A stretch of DNA of 64,000 nucleotides from an uncultured Pelagibacteraceae bacterium (lineage in GTDB: Bacteria; Pseudomonadota; Alphaproteobacteria; Pelagibacterales; AG-422-B15). Location of the stretch: the NCBI GenBank assembly GCA_902604225.1, contig CACKXV010000002.1, positions 8,799 through 72,798 of the forward strand. The letters run 5' to 3'. The notes under the pieces were generated by a model. The model saw only the letters and a program-made list of their open reading frames with translations. It was not told the DNA's origin and did no database searches. The position numbers and the translations under genes are program-made. This document shows, in pieces, positions 43,354-52,068 of this stretch (positions within the stretch are counted from its first letter, which is position 1; the number at the start of each line of letters is the position of its first letter).

Positions 43354-45459
43354 ATGACTGTTCCATACTTAAGACAAGATTTGAAATTGAGCGAGGGTCC
43401 CAAAAAAGAGGATGGCTCTCCATCGTGGCTACTTTATGATTCTTTAAGAAATAAATATTTTTCGATCAATAAAAATGCTTTTGATCTTTTAAACAACTGG
43501 TCAAGTGGATCTCAATTAGATGATTTCATAAAAAAAATTAATGAAATTAATTTATTGGTAAGTGAGGAAGAAATAAATGAGTTTATCAATTTTCTTGATC
43601 AAAATAATTTGACCATCAAAAAGACCAGTGAAGAAGTAAAGTCTTTGGTGGTTCAAAGAAACAAAACGAATAAACATTGGTTACTTAAACTCATTCACAA
43701 TTATCTATTTTTTAAAATACCTTTATTAAGACCAGGCACTTGGCTCCAAAGAACTTTACCTATTGCCATGTTCTTAAGCTCATTAACAGTCAGACGGCTT
43801 ATTTATGTTTTAGGAATAATTGGAATATTTTTGACAATAACTAATTATGAGAAATTCCTCTCAACCTTTTCATATTTTTACAATATTAACGGCTTGATCT
43901 TATTTGGAATTACAATTGTTTTTGTAAAAGCTTTACATGAGTTGGGTCATGCGTATGTAGCTACGTACTATAAGTGTAAAGTTTCATCAATTGGCTTGGC
44001 CATGTTAGTTTTTTTCCCATTTTTATATACGGATACCTCTGATGCTTGGAAACTCACTGATCACAGAAAGCGTTTAGTAATAAATTTTGCAGGCATGTTA
44101 ACGGAACTGCACCTAGCATTAATTGCTACATTTGCATGGGCAGTATTTCCTGAGGGCATTATGAAAAGTGCTGCATTTTTTATTGCAACATCAAGCTGGA
44201 TTTCGTCATTGTTAATAAACATAAGTCCCTTTATGCGGTTTGATGGTTATTATGTTCTATCTGATTTTCTTAAAGCTGAAAACTTGCAACCACGCTCATT
44301 TGCTTTAGGGAGATGGCAGATAAGAGAGTGGCTCTTTGGTTTTAAATTTCAGCCACCAGAACAGTTGATCGCTAACAGAAGGTGGACATTTATAATTTAT
44401 GCATGGGCTACGTGGATTTATCGTTTCTTCATTTTTATTGGTATTGCATTATTGGTTTATTATCTAACATTTAAAATATTAGGAATTATTTTATTTATCA
44501 TAGAAATTGTATGGTTCATTTTATTGCCGATTGCTAGAGAAGTCATTCAATGGTGGAAGCTTAGAAAGTCAATGAAATTCAATAGATCTTCTATGAGGTC
44601 AATTGTCTTGTTCACAGTATTTATGTTTGCCATGCTTGTTCCATGGCGTACGTCCCTAAGTTTGCCAGCTGTTATTGAAGATGGTATTGTTCTTGATATT
44701 TTTGCATCGGAAGATTCCAAGATAAGAAAGGTCAATGTTTCACATAATCAGTATGTAGCTGAGGGAGACTTACTAGTTGTTATGACCAGTCCTTTGATCT
44801 CTAATAAAGTTGAAAAAGCAATAGATCGCGTAAAAATGATACAGCAAAAACTTGATCGTAGAGTGGGATCAAAGCTTGATCTTAGTAATCTATTAATACT
44901 TGAGAATGAGTTACAAAAAGAGATTGAAATTTTGAATTCATTGAAAGAAGAAAATAAAGCTTTATCAATTTATGCACCATCAGATGGCATAATAAAAGAT
45001 TTGATAAGTCTCAACGCTAATCAATGGGTAAATAAAAAAGATAAGCTGTTTTCAATTGTTCAGTCAGAAGAAGTGCAAGTGATAGCTTTTGTTAGCGAGA
45101 CGGATCTTGATAAAATAAAAAAAGTTTCAAGTGGTTACTTTCATGCAAAAAATAATGAGTTTGCGAAAGTCAAAGTCGAACTAGTATCATCAAATGAAAC
45201 TTCAACCGAAGAGTTACCGTATTTGGTTCTGACCTCAACTTATGGAGGCACAATTGCTTCAAGAGAAATACTTGGAAAGAAAAAAGTTCAAAGACCTGAA
45301 AATGCTCTTTATCAGCTAAATTTCACTTCTTCAGAGAGTCCAAAAGATTTACAGTGGCAGACAGCAGGATCTGTTAAAATAGATTCGGAAAATTATAATA
45401 TTTTTCAAAATATATTTAATGCTACTACCTCAATACTCATTCAGGAAAGTGGGTTCTAG
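43354..45459 (+). CDS. PqqD-like domain + M50 (site-2 protease) metalloprotease + HlyD-like periplasmic domain fusion protein
   Basis: HELGH at nt 43936-43950 and NISPFMRFDG at 44218-44247 (M50 motifs) in a multi-TM core. N-terminus SWLLYDSLRNKYFSINKNAFDLLNNW is PqqD-like. C-terminus has lipoyl-like and coiled-coil MFP features. Starts directly after the upstream stop. Confidence 0.8.
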   Translation: MTVPYLRQDLKLSEGPKKEDGSPSWLLYDSLRNKYFSINKNAFDLLNNWSSGSQLDDFIKKINEINLLVSEEEINEFINFLDQNNLTIKKTSEEVKSLVVQRNKTNKHWLLKLIHNYLFFKIPLLRPGTWLQRTLPIAMFLSSLTVRRLIYVLGIIGIFLTITNYEKFLSTFSYFYNINGLILFGITIVFVKALHELGHAYVATYYKCKVSSIGLAMLVFFPFLYTDTSDAWKLTDHRKRLVINFAGMLTELHLALIATFAWAVFPEGIMKSAAFFIATSSWISSLLINISPFMRFDGYYVLSDFLKAENLQPRSFALGRWQIREWLFGFKFQPPEQLIANRRWTFIIYAWATWIYRFFIFIGIALLVYYLTFKILGIILFIIEIVWFILLPIAREVIQWWKLRKSMKFNRSSMRSIVLFTVFMFAMLVPWRTSLSLPAVIEDGIVLDIFASEDSKIRKVNVSHNQYVAEGDLLVVMTSPLISNKVEKAIDRVKMIQQKLDRRVGSKLDLSNLLILENELQKEIEILNSLKEENKALSIYAPSDGIIKDLISLNANQWVNKKDKLFSIVQSEEVQVIAFVSETDLDKIKKVSSGYFHAKNNEFAKVKVELVSSNETSTEELPYLVLTSTYGGTIASREILGKKKVQRPENALYQLNFTSSESPKDLQWQTAGSVKIDSENYNIFQNIFNATTSILIQESGF

Positions 45460-45465
45460 TATAAT

Positions 45466-47505
45466 CTAATTTTTATATTTTTCTAAGCATAGCAAGAAAG
45501 CATTATCTAAAGAGCTTTCTTCCAAAGCATTTAATCGTCCACTTTTACCAGCATGACCACCTACCAAATTCATCTTCATTAATATTGGATTTCCTGAAGT
45601 ACTATTTTCTCTTAGTTTTGGAACATATTTTGCTGGTTCGTAATACTGAACTTGAGAGTCATAAAGGCTGGATGTGACTAAGACAGCAGGATAATTTGAT
45701 GGTTTAATGTTATCGTAGGGTGAATAACTCTTAATATAATTATACTCATCTTCATTTGCTGGATTACCCCATTCTTTATATTCAAAAGTAGTTAGAGGAA
45801 TTGTTTCATCTGACATTGTAGTCACTACATCCACAAAAGGAACTGCTGAAATAATACCTGTATATAATTCTGGCTCCATATTAATGATTGCTCCCATTAA
45901 AAGACCGCCAGCACTTCCACCCATTGCATATACATTTTTAGCATTGCCATACCCTTGCTTGATTAGTGATTTTGTTGCGTCAATAAAATCATAAAATGTG
46001 TTCTTTTTATTAAAGATTTTACCATCATCGTACCACTTTCGCCCCATTTCAGAGCCACCTCGGATATTGGCGACAGCAAAAATAAATCCTCGATTAAGTA
46101 AGGGCAAGATGGATGTCCTAAAAGCTGCATCAATTATAATTCCATAAGAACCATAACCATAAAGAAGAATAGGAGCATGAGATAACTTGGTTCCCTTTTT
46201 ATACACCAGTGATACAGGAACTTTTGTTTCATCACGGGCAGTAATTTTAATTCTTTCCACCTCATATAGATTTTCATCGTAATTGTTTACTGGCTGCTGC
46301 CATGCCAATTCACCCTTACCTGACTCAATATCCTCTTTGAATATTGAACTAGGTTTCTTTGGACTCGAATATCCATAGTAAAATTCAGTATCAAGGTACT
46401 CATTATTGGTTGCTAAATAACAAGAAAAGGCAGGGTCACTAAATTCAATATAACTCCTATCAAGTGTTTCTCTGTTAATTTTCACTATCTTAGGCAGTCC
46501 GTCTTCGCGTACCTCTAAATAAAGATATTGAGGAAAAGTAACAAAATCTTCTATTAAAATAGCGTCATCATGTTCAACAACAGTTTCCCATTTATCAAAA
46601 TCGTCAATTTGATTGATTGTGAATTTTAAAATTGAAAAGTTTTTTTTATTTTCTGCATTACTGCTGACATAGAAACACTCTGGTGTATCTTCAATTGAAT
46701 AAAGATGTTTATCGGATCGTTTGAGTACACAAAATGGTAGACTGTGTTCTTCATCTAAATCAAGTAGCCACGTTTCTGAAGACTCGGTTTTACTGGTATA
46801 AATATTCAAATATTTCTTGGTCCGTGATTCATAAATATGAACATGAAATTCTGTGTCATTTTCCTCGTAGATTAGAACATCTTCTTTTGGATCAGTTCCA
46901 ACTTTGTGTTTAAAAACCTTATTTTCTATCAAAGTGACTGGATCTTTTTGAGCATAGTAAAATGAAGTATTACTCTTGTCCCAAACAATGCTTCCAGAGC
47001 ACCTCTGAACTTTACTGTCAATAATTTTGCCAGTCGTTAGATCTTTGACTTTTATATTGTATTCACGTCGGCCTGATAAATCTTCTGCATAAGCAATTAA
47101 AAGGTTATTTGGCGATGGAGTTATTGATGTAATATTTATATAATCTAAGCCCTCAGCCAGCGCATTTACATCAATAACTAACTCTTTATTCCCATAGAGC
47201 TCTCGATAGTATGTTTTATATTGCTGTTCAGAGTTAATTTCAGAGTAATACAGATAATCTCCGTATTTAATTTTTATTGAAACCTCTTTTGGTGGTATGA
47301 AACTAACTAATTCATCATAAATTTCTTTACGGCAATCATTATTTTTTTCGAACCAATCTTCTAAGTAATTATTTTCTTCCTCTAAATAAGAAATAATTTC
47401 TGGATCTTTACGCGTATCATCTCTGAGCCAGTAATAATCATCAACACGTTCATCGCCATGTGCAATATGAATTTTAGGAATTTTTTTTGGCAGAGGAGGT
47501 TTCAT
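45466..47505 (-). CDS. ptrB: oligopeptidase B (protease II), S9A prolyl oligopeptidase family
   Basis: 679 aa. N-terminal beta-propeller region, catalytic GGSAGGLLMG, and C-terminal ..GGHAG. N-terminus HGDERVDDYYWLRD is typical of PtrB. Confidence 0.9.
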   Translation of the reverse strand: MKPPLPKKIPKIHIAHGDERVDDYYWLRDDTRKDPEIISYLEEENNYLEDWFEKNNDCRKEIYDELVSFIPPKEVSIKIKYGDYLYYSEINSEQQYKTYYRELYGNKELVIDVNALAEGLDYINITSITPSPNNLLIAYAEDLSGRREYNIKVKDLTTGKIIDSKVQRCSGSIVWDKSNTSFYYAQKDPVTLIENKVFKHKVGTDPKEDVLIYEENDTEFHVHIYESRTKKYLNIYTSKTESSETWLLDLDEEHSLPFCVLKRSDKHLYSIEDTPECFYVSSNAENKKNFSILKFTINQIDDFDKWETVVEHDDAILIEDFVTFPQYLYLEVREDGLPKIVKINRETLDRSYIEFSDPAFSCYLATNNEYLDTEFYYGYSSPKKPSSIFKEDIESGKGELAWQQPVNNYDENLYEVERIKITARDETKVPVSLVYKKGTKLSHAPILLYGYGSYGIIIDAAFRTSILPLLNRGFIFAVANIRGGSEMGRKWYDDGKIFNKKNTFYDFIDATKSLIKQGYGNAKNVYAMGGSAGGLLMGAIINMEPELYTGIISAVPFVDVVTTMSDETIPLTTFEYKEWGNPANEDEYNYIKSYSPYDNIKPSNYPAVLVTSSLYDSQVQYYEPAKYVPKLRENSTSGNPILMKMNLVGGHAGKSGRLNALEESSLDNAFLLCLEKYKN

Positions 47506-47542
47506 TATCTTCTAATATATTACTAACATCTTTTCAATTTTA

Positions 47543-47616
47543 TGGTGCCCCCAACCTGTACTGACCAGGTATCTACGCATTACCAATGCGTTGCACTACC
47601 ATTGTGCTATGGGGGC
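47543..47616 (-). tRNA. tRNA-Thr (anticodon GGU)
   Basis: Hand-folded cloverleaf: acceptor GCCCCCA/TGGGGGC, D arm GCAC-AATGGTA-GTGC, anticodon arm ACGCA-TTGGTAA-TGCGT, variable AGAT, T arm ACCTG-GTCAGTA-CAGGT, encoded ACCA 3' end. Confidence 0.8.
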
Positions 47617-47638
47617 ATAGTTTAATAGTTAATCAGAT

Positions 47639-48523
47639 TTATCCTTTTAAAACAGACTTTATGGTATCTCCAATTACTGATGGGTTTTTTGATATAGTAA
47701 CGCCAGACTCTTTTAAAAGTTCAACTTTCTCAACAGCACTCTCACCATAGGCCGAAACAATAGCACCGGCGTGACCCATTACTCTACCTTTTGGCGCAGT
47801 TAGTCCAGCAATATATGCAACTACTGGTTTTTTCATATTTTCTTTTGCAAATTTACCTGCATCTACTTCTTGAGGCCCACCAATTTCACCAATCATTAAT
47901 ATAATATCTGTATCTGGATCTTCCTCAAACCGCGCTAGAATATCTCTAAACGAACTTCCGTTAATTGGATCTCCGCCGATGCCTACGCTAGTTGAAACAC
48001 CAATATCTAGCTCTTTCATTTGTGACGCAGCTTCATATCCCAGTGTTCCTGATCGGCCAACAATGCCAACGTTTCCTTTTTTATAAATATGCCCTGGCAT
48101 TATACCCAGCATTGATTTGCCAGGGCTAATAATACCAGCACAGTTAGGTCCGATCATCGTCATTTTTTCAGTTTTAGCATATCTCCGCATATACCTCTTT
48201 ACTTTAATCATGTCGTGAGAGGGAATTCCATCTGTTATTGCGACGCACACTTTGATACCTGCATCCGCAGCTTCCATAGCAGAGTCCGCAGCATAACTTG
48301 GGGGAACAAATAAGATACTTGCTTCAGCATCTGTTTGCTTGACAGCATCTTTAACAGTATTGAAAACAGGAAGGCCAAGATGTTTTGATCCTCCTTTGCC
48401 AGGAGTAACGCCTCCTACGACGTTAGATCCGTAATCAATCATTTCTTGTGCATGAAAACTTCCTATTTTACCAGTGAAGCCCTGGACAATTATTTTAGTA
48501 TGTTCATCAATCAATATAGACAT
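47639..48523 (-). CDS. ADP-forming acid--CoA ligase alpha subunit (SucD family; malate--CoA ligase MtkB-like)
   Basis: [18 protein letters not shown].., phospho-His region SRMGHAGAI-type (VMGHAGAIV). VKRYMRRY..MIGPNCAGIISPGKSMLGIMPGHIY resembles MtkB more than E. coli SucD (from memory). Confidence 0.88.
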   Translation of the reverse strand: MSILIDEHTKIIVQGFTGKIGSFHAQEMIDYGSNVVGGVTPGKGGSKHLGLPVFNTVKDAVKQTDAEASILFVPPSYAADSAMEAADAGIKVCVAITDGIPSHDMIKVKRYMRRYAKTEKMTMIGPNCAGIISPGKSMLGIMPGHIYKKGNVGIVGRSGTLGYEAASQMKELDIGVSTSVGIGGDPINGSSFRDILARFEEDPDTDIILMIGEIGGPQEVDAGKFAKENMKKPVVAYIAGLTAPKGRVMGHAGAIVSAYGESAVEKVELLKESGVTISKNPSVIGDTIKSVLKG

Positions 48524-49698
48524 TATTTTACTTCAATCTTTTTTAACGCCTCAACAGCCTTTGTAGCAGCTTCTTTTAGTGAATGAGCTTCAATGAAATC
48601 AATTCCACTTTCTTTCAAAATCTTATTTCCCTTTTCAACATTTGTGCCAGCTAACCTAATCACAAGCGGCATGTCTATTTTAATTGTTTGAAGTGCTTGA
48701 ACTATTCCCTCAGCAACCCAATCACATCTGTTAATACCAGCAAATATATTTACTAAAATAACTTTTACTTTTTCATCCGATGAAACAAGCTTGAAAGCTT
48801 TTACAATTTTTTCTGGCGTTGCTCCCCCTCCAATATCAAGGAAGTTTGCTGGCTCTCCACCAGCGGATTTAATCATATCCATTGACGCCATTGCCAATCC
48901 AGCACCGTTGATAATATTTCCAATGTTTCCCTCAAGTCCAACGTAATTAAGACCTCTATCACTTGCATATACTTCACTTGGATTTTCTTGAGATTTATCT
49001 CTTAATTCCGCAACATCATTTCTCCTAAACAATGCATTATTATCAAAACTCATTTTACAATCTAGAGCTAAAACATGCTTATCTTTTGTAATGACCAAAG
49101 GGTTAACTTCTACCATAGTTGCATCTAGTTCACTAAATGCTCTATAACAACCCTCAATGACCTCAGCGGTTCTTGAGATAAGACCTGTTTCAACACCAAG
49201 GTTAAATGCAATTTCCCTTGCTTGAAATTCCTGTATACCAACCGCGGCTTCTATTTTTGACCTAATTATGGTTTCCGGCTTTTTATTTGATATCTCTTCA
49301 ACACTCATTCCACCTTCAGTAGACGCAACAACCATTATACATTCAGAGCCTCTATCAAAAACAAGTCCTAAATAAAGTTCTCTTTCGATATCAGAGGCTT
49401 CTTCTATATAAACTCTATTGATAATTTTTCCTGAAGGACCTGTTTGATTCGTAATAAGTTTTTTTCCAAGCAGCTTATCCGCAGCACGTGCAACTTCTAG
49501 AGCATCGTTGCAAACGATTATTCCGCCAGCTTTACCTCTTGCGCCAGAGTGAACTTGTGCTTTTACAACCCAACGTGAACCACCAATTTCTTTCGCTTTG
49601 TATTCTGCATTTTCTGGGCTGTAAGCAATCCCTCCCCTTGGGATTCCAATTCCAAAGTCCGATAAAATTTTTTTTGCCTGGTACTCATGTATATCCAT
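48523..49698 (-). CDS. ADP-forming acid--CoA ligase beta subunit (SucC family; malate--CoA ligase MtkA-like)
   Basis: ATP-grasp N-terminus MDIHEYQAK... The [15 protein letters not shown] motif and [14 protein letters not shown] without the alphaproteobacterial SucC insertion resemble MtkA (from memory). TAATG coupling to the alpha subunit. Confidence 0.88.
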   Translation of the reverse strand: MDIHEYQAKKILSDFGIGIPRGGIAYSPENAEYKAKEIGGSRWVVKAQVHSGARGKAGGIIVCNDALEVARAADKLLGKKLITNQTGPSGKIINRVYIEEASDIERELYLGLVFDRGSECIMVVASTEGGMSVEEISNKKPETIIRSKIEAAVGIQEFQAREIAFNLGVETGLISRTAEVIEGCYRAFSELDATMVEVNPLVITKDKHVLALDCKMSFDNNALFRRNDVAELRDKSQENPSEVYASDRGLNYVGLEGNIGNIINGAGLAMASMDMIKSAGGEPANFLDIGGGATPEKIVKAFKLVSSDEKVKVILVNIFAGINRCDWVAEGIVQALQTIKIDMPLVIRLAGTNVEKGNKILKESGIDFIEAHSLKEAATKAVEALKKIEVK

Positions 49699-49764
49699 CT
49701 TAACCCCTAAAAAATTCTACTATAATAAAAAAGTAATGTCGTGAGATTAATATTATTTTATTTA

Positions 49765-51555
49765 TTAACCTCCAATGGCAATCCCTTCTCTTCGAGGATC
49801 TGACCCTCCCTCAAGATTATCTCCGATATATATTGTATTTATTCCCGAAAAGTATTTTTTTAATTGTGTTTCATAGCCCATTGCTGAAATTGCTTCTTGT
49901 AGACTGCTAGCATTTGGACCATCTTCAATGTCATATCTACCCCATCGGTTAATTGCGTGGGGTAAAGATACAGATTGTTGTACATTCATATCCCAATCAA
50001 TAAGGGAAATAAGATGGTTTGCAACGAACCCAATGATGTTACTGCCTCCAGGAGAACCAGTAATGTATATTGGTTTTCCTTCCTTTAAGACAATTGTTGG
50101 TGACATAGAGGATCGTGGGCGTTTACCTGGTTCTAATCTATTGGAAATTAATTTCCCATCAATTTCATCACGAAAAGAAAAATCTGTAAGTTGATTGTTT
50201 AATAAAAATCCACTTTCCGTTAACAATCTAGATCCAAAAGCATTTTCTATTGAAGAAGTCATAGATAGCGCATTCCCATATTTATCATAAATTGATATAT
50301 GGGTTGTTGATTGTAGCTCAAGCGAATTATCATCTGCATAATTGTATGTAAATTCTTGAGAAGGGTTTCCAGCTTCAATATTTTCTGTCCTTGTTCCTAA
50401 TTTTATTTTCTTTGATCTTTTTTTTAAATATTCATGATCAAGTAAACCTTCCATGGGAACTTCAACAAAATCACTGTCTGCTAAATATCTATCTCGATCA
50501 GCATATGCTAACCGGCTTGCATCACCAATCACCTGCCATGATTTAGGATCTTCGTAGCCGAGTAATTTTAAGTTAAATTCTTCAAGAATTTTTAATATTT
50601 GTGCAACTGCGACACCCCCTGATGAAGGTGGACCCATACCACAAACATTATGCTCTCTATAACTTATGCATACTGGATTGCGTTCTATTACAGAATAATT
50701 TTCTAAATCACTATTTTCTAGAAACCCAGGATTTTCAGAATAGTTTTGAACTGTATTTACAATGTCATCAGCAATTTCTCCTTTATAGAAATTTTCAATA
50801 CCATCTGTAGAAATTTTTTTTAACGTTTCAGCATATGCTTTATTCGTTACTAATTGTTTATATTTAAGATTATTTCCATCAGGTAAAAAGTAATCAGATG
50901 TTTGACTACTTTTTTTTAGTCTGTCCGAGTCTCTATCAATTGATGACGCCAACTTCTTAGACACAGGAAAACCATTTTCCCCAAGATTTATTGCAGCGGT
51001 AAATAGACTTGACCACTTTGCTTTCCCCCATTTTTCATATGCTTTGAACATTAATGCAGGTGTACCTGGCGTTCCTACAGAAAGACCACCAATGACAGCG
51101 TCAAAAAATTTTTTAGTCTCTCCACTTTCGTTTTGAAACTGAGTTGCATAAGAAGCTCTTGGCGCAGTCTCACGCCCGTCTAATGTTGTAACTTTATTGG
51201 TTTTGTTATCGTACCATATTAAGAAACTTCCACCACCAAGACCAGACGACTCTGGCTCTACTAATCCTAAAACTGCTTGTGCAGCTATCATTGCATCTGC
51301 AGCAGTTCCACCTTCCTCAAGAATTTCAGCTCCTGCTGCAGAAGCGTATGAATTTGCTGTCACAATCATCCAGTCTTTCCCTAAAACTGGAACCATATCT
51401 TTTTTTGCTTTTATTGAAGCATTTATTTGTTCAGTATTTAAATCCTCATAATCAATAATAAATGTTTCAGGGCTAATGAGATCAGAGAGATCCTCTGCGT
51501 ACGAATTGAGGGCAAGTAATAAAGTTAATATAATAAGAGAAATCAGTTTCTTCAT
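49765..51555 (-). CDS. ggt: gamma-glutamyltranspeptidase
   Basis: Autoprocessing/catalytic Thr region QSTTHISIYDKYGNALSMTSSIENAFGS and GSPGGSNII. Signal peptide from MKKLISLIILTLLLAL, so I prefer ATG 51555 to 51582. Confidence 0.92.
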   Translation of the reverse strand: MKKLISLIILTLLLALNSYAEDLSDLISPETFIIDYEDLNTEQINASIKAKKDMVPVLGKDWMIVTANSYASAAGAEILEEGGTAADAMIAAQAVLGLVEPESSGLGGGSFLIWYDNKTNKVTTLDGRETAPRASYATQFQNESGETKKFFDAVIGGLSVGTPGTPALMFKAYEKWGKAKWSSLFTAAINLGENGFPVSKKLASSIDRDSDRLKKSSQTSDYFLPDGNNLKYKQLVTNKAYAETLKKISTDGIENFYKGEIADDIVNTVQNYSENPGFLENSDLENYSVIERNPVCISYREHNVCGMGPPSSGGVAVAQILKILEEFNLKLLGYEDPKSWQVIGDASRLAYADRDRYLADSDFVEVPMEGLLDHEYLKKRSKKIKLGTRTENIEAGNPSQEFTYNYADDNSLELQSTTHISIYDKYGNALSMTSSIENAFGSRLLTESGFLLNNQLTDFSFRDEIDGKLISNRLEPGKRPRSSMSPTIVLKEGKPIYITGSPGGSNIIGFVANHLISLIDWDMNVQQSVSLPHAINRWGRYDIEDGPNASSLQEAISAMGYETQLKKYFSGINTIYIGDNLEGGSDPRREGIAIGG

Positions 51556-51556
51556 T

Positions 51557-51994
51557 TTATTCTGTATAGTTAATAGTTTCATTGATGTTCAAATCCTGAC
51601 ACCAATCATATTTCTGATTGCGGTTATAAACAACGCCTAGTTGGTTTTCGATAATTTTACTTGATGCATCTTCACCATCAATTATTAGATACGATAAAAC
51701 TCTTCCAAAATAATCTTCCAGATATTCAGTTTTAAATTCAATTGTTGAAGCATTTGCAATAAGATCATTTAAGTAATCTCTTGCCTTTATACCCAATTTT
51801 AGTTCAGCATTGCATTTTGGCTTTGATATTTCAGGGGTATCTAACTCAAGTAATCTTATTTTTTTCTTCATGTCATTCATTGTGATGTAGCAAGTATCTC
51901 CATCATAGCAGTATTGACCGTTGTACTGCCGAAGACTAATTTCAGCTTGAGCCGTTGTAATCATGCTAACAAATATCACGAGAATATATTTCAT
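51557..51994 (-). CDS. secreted staphylococcal-nuclease (SNase/thermonuclease)-like protein
   Basis: IRLLELDTPE, plus downstream ..R..YL..DYFGRVLSYL pattern of the SNase fold. Signal peptide MKYILVIFVSMITTAQA (start at ATG 51994). Confidence 0.8.
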   Translation of the reverse strand: MKYILVIFVSMITTAQAEISLRQYNGQYCYDGDTCYITMNDMKKKIRLLELDTPEISKPKCNAELKLGIKARDYLNDLIANASTIEFKTEYLEDYFGRVLSYLIIDGEDASSKIIENQLGVVYNRNQKYDWCQDLNINETINYTE

Positions 51995-52068
51995 CTTAAT
52001 AACTATAAATCTTGTTTTTATATGATAAAGCAATTAGAAGACATTCAACAATATTTTAAACTCCACAG

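Noticed and set aside
45466-47638. tRNA-Thr as the border of an integrated genomic island carrying the giant-protein locus
   Set aside because: I saw no integrase, no transposase and no direct repeat of the tRNA 3' end. A core-type gene (ptrB) lies between the tRNA and the locus. The visibly higher G+C of the giant gene is explained by its Gly/Ala/Asp/Thr-rich composition.
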